A program made the position numbers and the translations under genes. Below the pieces are notes generated by a model, which had not been told where the DNA came from, searched no databases, and saw nothing but the letters and a program-made list of their open reading frames with translations. Of a DNA stretch of 24,238 nucleotides, positions 8,955 to 15,989 are shown piece after piece. Within the stretch, counting starts at the first letter, position 1. Each line of letters starts with the position of its first letter. Source of the DNA: an uncultured Gemmatimonadota bacterium (lineage in GTDB: Bacteria; SM23-81); assembly GCA_964584035.1 (NCBI GenBank), contig CAZOYL010000013.1, forward strand, positions 9,524 through 33,761. The letters are read 5' to 3'.

Positions 8955-8988
8955 GAAAGGTCCTCGCGGGCGACCGGCGGTCGTCCGT

Positions 8989-10584
8989 TTACCGGTTGCC
9001 CAGAGATCCCAGCCGCGCCTCCGCTTCCTTGGCCATCGGGCCGCGAGGATTGATCTGGAGATAGCGCTGGAACATCTGAACCGCCGTCTGTGTCTCGCCC
9101 CGGTCTTCGTAGATCCGGGCGAGCATAAAATGCGGGTTATCGAAGTCGGGTTTCAGTTTCAGGGCCAGCAGATACTCCTGCTCGGCCATGTTTTTGTCGC
9201 CGTTCCGAAGATATCCCTCGGCCAGGCTATCGTGGGCGTTGGGATCTTCGGGGGCCAGTTCGACATACCGTTTGAACTCCTTCAGGGCCGCTTCCGGCTT
9301 GTTCTGGCTGAGATAGAAATATCCCAGCTGATTATGGATCCAGGGGTCTTCCGGGTCCAGGCGGCTGGCCTCATGAAGCTGATGCTCGGCTTCCTGCAAA
9401 TTTCCCTGGTAGGCGTTGATCCGGCTCATGACGATGTGCGCATAGGGATGATCCGGTTTCAGCCGCAGGGCTTCCTCCAGCTCCGACTGTGCCAGGTCCG
9501 TCAGTCCCAGTTCCAGCTGGTTGAGCCCCAGCATGATATGAGCGACAACGTTGTTCGGATCCTGCCGCAGCAGGTCCTGGTAGATTTTTTCCGCGGAGGC
9601 ATGATCCTGAATGGTATAGAACATCTGCGCCAGAACGAGGTAGATCTCCGGGTCCGGTCTGACCGTATTCCTGAGGCGTTCGAAGATCTCAAAGCTCTGT
9701 TCGTATTTTCCAAAAAGGTGGTCTCTGATGGCCTCGATCATGAGCCGCTCGGGTGACAGCAGACGCTCGGGATGGCTTGAAGCGTGTCTCACCGCTGCGG
9801 CAGCTCTGGGCAGATCTCCGATGCTGTATGCCTGGATGGCCTGGGAGGTATAGGCCAGCGTGAAATTGGTGTCCCGGGTGACCGCTCTGTTCAGAAGCGC
9901 CATGCCCTCCGGCGTGTCGAACCGCCAGAAGGCCTCCTGAGCTCTGATGAAAGCTTCATACGCCGTGAGATCACCGGTCGGTTCGATGCCGGCGTTCTGC
10001 CCGGCGGCGGCGATGCCGAACCCGTCTGACAGTGTTCCGGCGATCTGATCGGCCAGCTGATACAGACTTTGAAGACCGGGACCCTGGGCCTGTTTCTCGG
10101 CCACCAGGGCTCCGCTGGCCACATCCACCAGACGAGCGTTGATCAGAAATTGGCCGGCGCTGATCCGGTAATCTCCGAGCACCGCCCGGACGGCTTCGGT
10201 CCGCCTGGCCGCCTCCAGCAGGGTTTTCTCGGTCAGTTCGGCGGAATGTGTCTGGCCCATGCTCCGCAGGGCCGTTTCCAGCCGGGAAGAACGGACCACA
10301 TCCAGCCGGTCGTGCTGCCCCAGACGCATGCTCAGCAGCTGGGCGATCCCTCTGCCGATCCAGTCGGTGTCCGGATGAGGATCCTGGTTCTGAAAGAACA
10401 GCACCGCGACAGTGGTGCTCTGCGAATGTTCATCGGCCTGGCCGGTCTCCGGAGCATCCTGTTTCCCGCAGGCGCAGAGCCCCAGCGTGACGATCAGCGC
10501 CAGCCCGGCAAGGGCTCTCCAGAGCTGCGGCCCCGGGGTCGTCCGGCGCAGGACGACGGGACGTTTGGTCACTTCAGATTTCAT
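8989..10584 (-). CDS. Putative lipoprotein with a TolB_N/CsgG-like domain and many TPR repeats
   Basis: Start is ATG 10584 (GAGGTG SD) or GTG 10593. A hydrophobic segment ends in lipobox-like LGLCAC-G, followed by VAVLFF...WIGRGIAQLL...INARLVDVASG, TGDLTAYEAFIRA and a run of clear TPRs (e.g. ALRLKPDHPYAH, LAPEDPNAHDSLAEGY). Confidence 0.85.
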   Translation of the reverse strand: MKSEVTKRPVVLRRTTPGPQLWRALAGLALIVTLGLCACGKQDAPETGQADEHSQSTTVAVLFFQNQDPHPDTDWIGRGIAQLLSMRLGQHDRLDVVRSSRLETALRSMGQTHSAELTEKTLLEAARRTEAVRAVLGDYRISAGQFLINARLVDVASGALVAEKQAQGPGLQSLYQLADQIAGTLSDGFGIAAAGQNAGIEPTGDLTAYEAFIRAQEAFWRFDTPEGMALLNRAVTRDTNFTLAYTSQAIQAYSIGDLPRAAAAVRHASSHPERLLSPERLMIEAIRDHLFGKYEQSFEIFERLRNTVRPDPEIYLVLAQMFYTIQDHASAEKIYQDLLRQDPNNVVAHIMLGLNQLELGLTDLAQSELEEALRLKPDHPYAHIVMSRINAYQGNLQEAEHQLHEASRLDPEDPWIHNQLGYFYLSQNKPEAALKEFKRYVELAPEDPNAHDSLAEGYLRNGDKNMAEQEYLLALKLKPDFDNPHFMLARIYEDRGETQTAVQMFQRYLQINPRGPMAKEAEARLGSLGNR

Positions 10585-10697
10585 GTCCGACACCTCGGCT
10601 CCATAGACGTGAGGGTCAATGTCGATCGTTTATGATCACTGGTGATTTCCGGCCGCTGAAAGATTCGTTTCTCAGGTGCTGAAACGGTGTTTACGTC

Positions 10698-11252
10698 TCA
10701 CCGTGGCCTATTTCGGGGCCGGAGTATCAGCCGGCCCGCCAGCACCAGTGGGACAAAATAGAGCAGTTCAATTCCGATCAGCCGCAGGTTTCCGGGGTGT
10801 ATCAGACTGCTCAGAAAAGCGCCGCTGGTATCGGCTTTATAGACCGTTGGGAAGATCAGAACCGGTGAGATGAAATAGTGACGGCTCAGGGGCCAGAGTA
10901 GCTGAACGCCGTATGGCGGAGTGGTGTCCACGATGAGGGTGTCCAGGAGCACATGGCCGAAGTACAGCCCGAACGCGATCAGAAAAATGCGCCCGGCATC
11001 CCGCCGGCCTCTCCAGCAGGCCGCTCCGGCGGCGATCAGGCCGACCAGAACGGCCAGCCCGATGCTGTGGCTGATGCCGTGATGATACAAATTCGGCCGC
11101 CCGAGCAGATAGCCCGGCAGAATATCCAGGTCGGGCAGGTTGGCGCACAGCAGATACAACAGGATGATCTTCCAGCCGCGCAGGGAGGTCTTCCGCTCGG
11201 CCCCCAGATAGATCAGATATCCGCTCAGGGAATGTCCCACGGGCAAAGGCAA
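10698..11252 (-). CDS. YdjM/DUF457-like inner-membrane metal-dependent hydrolase
   Basis: Motifs PVGHSL, ANLPDLD, HHGISHS, GHVLLD and GVQLLWP with several TM segments. Confidence 0.85.
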   Translation of the reverse strand: MPLPVGHSLSGYLIYLGAERKTSLRGWKIILLYLLCANLPDLDILPGYLLGRPNLYHHGISHSIGLAVLVGLIAAGAACWRGRRDAGRIFLIAFGLYFGHVLLDTLIVDTTPPYGVQLLWPLSRHYFISPVLIFPTVYKADTSGAFLSSLIHPGNLRLIGIELLYFVPLVLAGRLILRPRNRPR

Positions 11253-11282
11253 TGGGCATCTCCGGCTGCCGTCGGGGGCCGA

Positions 11283-11690
11283 TCAGGAACTCGATCCGAT
11301 GATCTGGATGATCACCTGGCGATGCCGCGGTCCGTCGAACTCACAGAAGAAGATCGATTGCCAGGTTCCCAGCGCCAGGCGGCCCTCTTCGACCGGCACG
11401 GTCTGAGCACATCCCACCAGGGAGGATTTGATGTGGGCCGCGGAATTTCCCTCTGCGTGATGATAGCCATCCTCAAAGGGAATGATCTTGTCGATCTCCA
11501 TGAGCATGTCGCGGATGACGTCGGGATCGGCATTCTCGTTGATGGTCACGCCGGCGGTGGTATGGGGCACGAAGATATGGCACAGGCCCGTTTGGACACC
11601 GCTTTCGGCGACCGCCCGCTGCACCGGATCGTCGATGTTGATCAGCTCGGTGCGGGCATGTGTGGGCACGGAGAATTTTTTTATCGGCAC
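11283..11690 (-). CDS. yjbQ: YjbQ/UPF0047 family protein
   Basis: Motifs FVPHTTAGVTINENADPDV, HAEGNSAAHIKSSL and LGTWQSIFFCEFDGPR; GGAGG SD. Confidence 0.93.
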   Translation of the reverse strand: MPIKKFSVPTHARTELINIDDPVQRAVAESGVQTGLCHIFVPHTTAGVTINENADPDVIRDMLMEIDKIIPFEDGYHHAEGNSAAHIKSSLVGCAQTVPVEEGRLALGTWQSIFFCEFDGPRHRQVIIQIIGSSS

Positions 11691-11720
11691 CGGATATGAC
11701 CTCCCTGAGCACTCGTCTAT

Positions 11721-11749
11721 AAACTACATGTTTGCCGGCTAAATGTCAA
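11721..11749 (-). promoter_or_regulatory. sigma70-type promoter for the yjbQ-led minus-strand run
   Basis: Minus strand reads TTGACA (11749-11744), 17 nt, TAGTTT (11726-11721). Confidence 0.6.
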
Positions 11750-11790
11750 CATGATAATGGGCTTGACCGGGGATTTCGCTCCCGGTTCCA

Positions 11791-11838
11791 GGGCCGGTGG
11801 GCCGGCGGGCCGGCGGGCCGGCGAGGGCCGGTGAGGGG
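11791..11838 (+). repeat. 8-bp GC-rich tandem repeat (GGGCCGG[C/T]) x5
   Basis: Sequence is GGGCCGGT GGGCCGGC GGGCCGGC GGGCCGGC GA GGGCCGGT GA GGGG, between the two divergent promoters. Confidence 0.85.
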
Positions 11839-11878
11839 CAAAAAGTTGCTGAAACCAGGCATCGGCGGCATTTTTTTC

Positions 11879-11907
11879 TTGACAAATTCTCTCCAATATG
11901 GTAGTAT
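11879..11907 (+). promoter_or_regulatory. sigma70-type promoter with extended -10 for the S8 protease
   Basis: TTGACA (11879-11884), 17 nt, TAGTAT (11902-11907), with TG at the extended -10 position. Confidence 0.75.
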
Positions 11908-11931
11908 GTGTCCACATTGAGATATTGGCTG

Positions 11932-11973
11932 TCGGTTTTAAAAAATCGGTTTTAAGAAATCGGTTTTAAGAAA
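11932..11973 (+). repeat. 3 x 14-bp tandem direct repeat in the 5' leader, abutting the SD
   Basis: TCGGTTTTAAAAAA / TCGGTTTTAAGAAA / TCGGTTTTAAGAAA, immediately followed by AAGGAGG (11974-11980). Confidence 0.9.
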
Positions 11974-11986
11974 AAGGAGGGCTCAG

Positions 11987-14758
11987 ATGACGATTTGTCG
12001 TGTGAAGTGCTTTGGCCTATGTCTGTTATCGATAATCGTTTTGGCCGTCGCCGTCGGGGCGGAAGAACAGATCGATCCCCGGTCCAAGATGGGCGGGTTC
12101 CTGCAGGCCCAGCTGGCCGCCAAGATGGAATTTTTAGAGAAGGGCTCGCGGAGAAGCCTGGATCTGATGGCCAAGAATAAGGTTGGGGTCGACGATAGCG
12201 ATCCGACCCAGCAGAAGGTGTTTCTGCATTTCAGGAGTTACCCCCGAACTTCCGAGCTGGGATTGTTGAAAAGAATGGCCGTCAAACTGTATGAGGACAC
12301 CTGGATTCCCCCGCTGCCCAATCACCCCACCGGATTCATGATCGCCGATATGAAGGTGACCCGGGCGCTGGATGTGGCCAAACAGGATTTCATCGTCCGG
12401 ATGAGCAGCGCCGAGAAATTCTGCCATCCCCACAACAACAAGGCCTCGCAGGCGGCCCGGTGCGACTCCATGTGGTCCCAGGGCCTGGACGGCAGCGGTG
12501 TGCTGATCTGCGTCTGCGACTCGGGCATCGATACCACCCATGCCGATTTACCCACCCTGGTGGCCGGCAAGGACTATCACATGGCCCCGGACAGCCTGGA
12601 CGACACCATCGCCAACTCCACCACCGGGCACGGCACGCATGTGAGCGGGACCGTTCTCGGAAGGGGGACCCTGTCCCTGGGCGGGACGGAGGAATATAAG
12701 GGAATGGCTCCCGGCGCCGATCTGGTCTTTTTGAAGATCGGCGGCGACGCCTCTTCCAGCGCCTCGACGGCGGCCATGGTGTCCGCTTACATCGCCGCGG
12801 TGGATACTTACGGCGTGGACATCATCACGGTCAGCTACGGCGGGCTGGATGAATTCAACGACGGCAGCGAGGAGCAGAGCCAGACGATCGATTGGGCCGT
12901 CAGCCAGGGGGTCCTGTTCTTCAAATCCGCGGGCAACTCCGCCGACGATGCTCAGCATTATTCCGGAGGATTGGCGACCGCCAAAGCGACTTCGGATACC
13001 GTCCAGATCCAGGTGGACTCGGAAGTGGTCATTCCCCTGCTGTTGACCTGGTACGACGGGGCCGATACCAGCGTCCATGTCGATCTGGAGCTGCAGTTGC
13101 TCGACGCCTCATATGCGCCGGTTGCCTGTTCCGCATATGTTCAGACCCACAGCCCGCGGGGCACCGAGTCGCAGTACTTCGAGTCCGACCTGGTTGCCTC
13201 CGGAACGTATTACGCCGTGATCAGCATGAGCGCTCCTCCGAGGGCATTCGTCGGCCAGGCCTTCCATCTGTATAGCGTCGAATGGGATGCCTGGTTCCCC
13301 GTCGACCCCGATCCCTTTTACACCATCTACGGCGGATCGGCGGCCGATGAGGTCATCTCGGTCGGCTCCTGGGTGAGCCGCGATGTGTGGTGCGATGTCT
13401 GCGGAGACTGCTGGACCTGGACGGCCAACAAAGCCGACAGCATCTCCTACTTCAGCAGCCGGGGACCGCGCATCGATGGCGGCGGGCCGCAACTGCCCTT
13501 CATCGCCGCCGGCGGGGATATGGTCAATTCGCTGCGGGATTACGACATCTACCCCTGGCCCTATCCGCCCTCTCAGGTGTACTATTACATCGACAGCGAC
13601 GGCCTTTCAGCGGACTGTTCGGGGCCGGCCGATTACTACTCCATGCACGGCACCAGCATGGCCTGTCCCGTCGTCGCCGGATGCGCCGCTCTGCTGCTGC
13701 AGCACAATCCGAACCTGACGCCGGCCCAGGTGAAGCAGATTCTGACCGATAACGCCCTCAGCGATGCTTATACCGGCATGGTCCCGAATTACACCTGGGG
13801 CCATGGCAAGATCAACGCCTACATCGACCTCACCGCTCCCTCGCGGATCGGCGATCTGGCCATCAACTCGGTGGACTGGAACAAGGTCACCCTGGGCTGG
13901 ACGGCTCCGGGAGACGACGGCACCTCGGGCACGGCCGGCCAGTACGACATCCGCTACAGCACCTCGCCGCCGGCCAAGGCCGATACGGCCGCCTGGTGGG
14001 CCGGAGCCACCCAGGTGACCGGCGAGCCCGCTCCGCAGGCCTATGGGAACGCCGAGTCCATGGAGGTGACCGGGCTGTCGCCCAGCACGCCATACTATTT
14101 CGCCATCAAGGCGCTGGATGAGCACTATAACGACTCCGATATCTCCGATATCGTCATGGATGTCACCCTGGCGGTGACCCTGTCCGCCTTCGAGGCCGTT
14201 CCCGTTCCCCGGGGCATTTTAGTGGAGTGGGTGGCTGAGAGCGAGCGCGACAACCGGGGATATCATCTGTCCAGAAGCCTGACGGAGGAAGGGCCCTTCG
14301 ATTTCCTGGCCTTTCTCGACGGAGCCGGCAACTCCAGCAGTTCCCGGAGCTACCGGTTCGTGGATGAGGAGGTGACCGAGGGGATCACCTACTGGTACCT
14401 GCTGGAAAGCGAGGACCTCCGCGGGCAGCGATCCTCCTTCGGGCCCATTCAGGTGACCGCCGAGAAGATTTTGGTGCCCAAGGAATTCGCCCTCAGCCAG
14501 AACTACCCCAATCCCTTCAATCCGGTCACCCGGATCAGGTACCAGCTGGCCAAGGATGTCCCCGTGAAATTGCTGGTCTATAATGTGCGCGGACAGCAGG
14601 TCGCTGCCCTGGTCGACCGGGATCAGCCCGCCGGGTACTATGAGATCGAGTGGCGGGGCACCGACGGGCATGGGGCGGAGCTGGCCAGCGGGGTCTACTT
14701 CTACCGCTTGCAGGCCGGCGAGCATGTGTTCATCCGGAAGATGGTGCTGCTGAAGTAG
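11987..14758 (+). CDS. Secreted S8 (subtilase) serine peptidase with FN3 and Ig-like domains and a T9SS type A/FlgD-like C-terminal domain
   Basis: Signal peptide; catalytic D (VCDSGID, 12518), H (GHGTHVSG, 12629), oxyanion N (SAGNS) and S (GTSMACP, 13655); FN3 (WTAPGDDG...YYFAIKA); LAVTLSAF Ig module; CTD ALSQNYPNPFNP...SGVYFYRL...KMVLLK. Confidence 0.93.
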   Translation: MTICRVKCFGLCLLSIIVLAVAVGAEEQIDPRSKMGGFLQAQLAAKMEFLEKGSRRSLDLMAKNKVGVDDSDPTQQKVFLHFRSYPRTSELGLLKRMAVKLYEDTWIPPLPNHPTGFMIADMKVTRALDVAKQDFIVRMSSAEKFCHPHNNKASQAARCDSMWSQGLDGSGVLICVCDSGIDTTHADLPTLVAGKDYHMAPDSLDDTIANSTTGHGTHVSGTVLGRGTLSLGGTEEYKGMAPGADLVFLKIGGDASSSASTAAMVSAYIAAVDTYGVDIITVSYGGLDEFNDGSEEQSQTIDWAVSQGVLFFKSAGNSADDAQHYSGGLATAKATSDTVQIQVDSEVVIPLLLTWYDGADTSVHVDLELQLLDASYAPVACSAYVQTHSPRGTESQYFESDLVASGTYYAVISMSAPPRAFVGQAFHLYSVEWDAWFPVDPDPFYTIYGGSAADEVISVGSWVSRDVWCDVCGDCWTWTANKADSISYFSSRGPRIDGGGPQLPFIAAGGDMVNSLRDYDIYPWPYPPSQVYYYIDSDGLSADCSGPADYYSMHGTSMACPVVAGCAALLLQHNPNLTPAQVKQILTDNALSDAYTGMVPNYTWGHGKINAYIDLTAPSRIGDLAINSVDWNKVTLGWTAPGDDGTSGTAGQYDIRYSTSPPAKADTAAWWAGATQVTGEPAPQAYGNAESMEVTGLSPSTPYYFAIKALDEHYNDSDISDIVMDVTLAVTLSAFEAVPVPRGILVEWVAESERDNRGYHLSRSLTEEGPFDFLAFLDGAGNSSSSRSYRFVDEEVTEGITYWYLLESEDLRGQRSSFGPIQVTAEKILVPKEFALSQNYPNPFNPVTRIRYQLAKDVPVKLLVYNVRGQQVAALVDRDQPAGYYEIEWRGTDGHGAELASGVYFYRLQAGEHVFIRKMVLLK

Positions 14759-14794
14759 GAATACCTTCCCCGAAAGATGAGAACCAACGATTGC

Positions 14795-14830
14795 AAAAAG
14801 GGTCGAGGCTGTTGCCTCGGCCCTTTCTTT
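14795..14830. terminator. Probable bidirectional intrinsic terminator between convergent genes
   Basis: AAAAAGGGTCGAGGC-TGTT-GCCTCGGCCCTTTCTTT, with an A-tract before and a T-tract after the stem. Confidence 0.75.
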
Positions 14831-14963
14831 AATGTGTCTGCGATGTATGTGTCTGCTCACCCGGCCGGCGCTTTGAAGATCTTGAGGGTGCGGTTGAAGA
14901 TGGTGGTGAACACCATCCAGCCGGGGCCGGTTTCGATATAAGGGGCGAGAGCATCGGCATCGT

Positions 14964-15743
14964 TCAGGATTGCTCCGCCTGGCATCGCGACAGCCAATCG
15001 GTGGCCGTCTGCCGCAATATCCGCGAGTTCGCCTCTGCGGCAATCTGCTGCGCCCGGTGTAAATACTCCCGGGCGGCTGCGTGATCGCCGGCCATCCAGA
15101 GCACCTGGCCGAAACGCAGCAGGGTTCTTCCGGTCGTCTCCGAATCGGTCGTCTGCTCGGCATGCTCCAGAGCGCTCTGACAGGCGCTGATGGCCCCATC
15201 GTGCTGATTGCGGCAGGACAGCAGCAAGCCGATGCTGCTCTGAACGTAGGCGATCAGAGGGTCGTCGTTCCTTTCGGTGACCATCTCCAAACAGGTCCGC
15301 AGGCTTTCCTCGGCCTCGTCCAAATAGCCCTCCTCGACCAGGATATCCCCGAGGAGTATCAGCGCTTTGGCCAGCGTTTGATAATCTCCCTCTTTTTTGG
15401 CCGCATGCCGGGCGCGCTCCAGGTTGTCTTTGGCTTCCTCCATCTGCCCCAGATAATTCTGCTGCTCGGCCACATGGTAATACTCATGGCTGAGGCATTT
15501 CAGGCCGTAGATCTGCCTGACTCTGAGACTCTTCTGAAAACTTTCCAGGGCGCGTTCATAATCGGACAGCATCCTCTGGTACATTTCGCCGAGAGAGGTG
15601 AAGGCCTCGGCCTGCTGGGTAAAATCCTGGTCCTCTTTAAAGTCTTCAGCCGCCTCGTGATACGCTTCGGCAGCGGCTTCGTATAGTCCCTGACGGCGAT
15701 ATTCCTCGGCTGCCAGAAATTTCTTGTCCCCATTTTTGGGCAT
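14964..15743 (-). CDS. Stand-alone cytoplasmic TPR protein (TPR_12/MalT-like repeats)
   Basis: Start ATG 15743 (MPKNGDKK) with GGAGG SD; repeats such as AFTSLGEMYQRMLSDYERALESFQKSL and ALILLGDILVEEGYLDEAEESL; no signal peptide. Confidence 0.85.
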   Translation of the reverse strand: MPKNGDKKFLAAEEYRRQGLYEAAAEAYHEAAEDFKEDQDFTQQAEAFTSLGEMYQRMLSDYERALESFQKSLRVRQIYGLKCLSHEYYHVAEQQNYLGQMEEAKDNLERARHAAKKEGDYQTLAKALILLGDILVEEGYLDEAEESLRTCLEMVTERNDDPLIAYVQSSIGLLLSCRNQHDGAISACQSALEHAEQTTDSETTGRTLLRFGQVLWMAGDHAAAREYLHRAQQIAAEANSRILRQTATDWLSRCQAEQS

Positions 15744-15799
15744 CGCACCGCCTCCGTGAAATCCTTTCCAGGCCCTGTTCTCTTTCTCTCCGCAACCTA

Positions 15800-15828
15800 A
15801 TCTTAACACTTTCGACGATGTTTGGCAA
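15800..15828 (-). promoter_or_regulatory. sigma70-type promoter for the TPR gene
   Basis: Minus strand reads TTGCCA, 17 nt, TAAGAT, with an extended -10 TG. Confidence 0.6.
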
Positions 15829-15910
15829 CAGAAAAATGAAAAGGCGCTTCGATCTGAGAACGGCGATCTCCAGAAAACCGTATTCTGCCCGTCAGGCCGT
15901 AAAAATGTGG

Positions 15911-15939
15911 TTGACCTGGAAAAAGCTGGGTGTTACATT
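15911..15939 (+). promoter_or_regulatory. sigma70-type promoter for the S55/beta-propeller pair
   Basis: TTGACC (15911-15916), 17 nt, TACATT (15934-15939), with an extended -10 TG. Confidence 0.65.
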
Positions 15940-15989
15940 AGGGGGCACATGTGAGTTCACGGTGTTGCCAAGAGCAGAGGAGAGACCTC

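Noticed and set aside
8966..8988. Small hairpin between the TPR lipoprotein gene and LKR as a terminator
   Set aside because: The stem has mismatches on the transcribed strand and no U-tract; at most it is a stability or processing element.
7932..9756. Long plus-strand ORFs 7932..8915 (327 aa) and 8614..9756 (380 aa)
   Set aside because: They are antisense shadows of the LKR and TPR genes, which is common in GC-rich DNA, and carry no recognisable motifs.
10594..10697. CTGAAAG...TCTCAGG resembling part of a glycine riboswitch
   Set aside because: It is on the strand opposite the flanking genes and lacks the GGAGA element and stems.
11932..11973. CRISPR array or plasmid iterons
   Set aside because: The units are contiguous 14-mers without spacers, and no cas or rep gene is nearby.
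14219..15199. 326-aa minus-strand ORF spanning the S8 3' end and the TPR gene
   Set aside because: It crosses a bidirectional terminator, overlaps two well-supported genes and has Arg/Pro-rich shadow composition.
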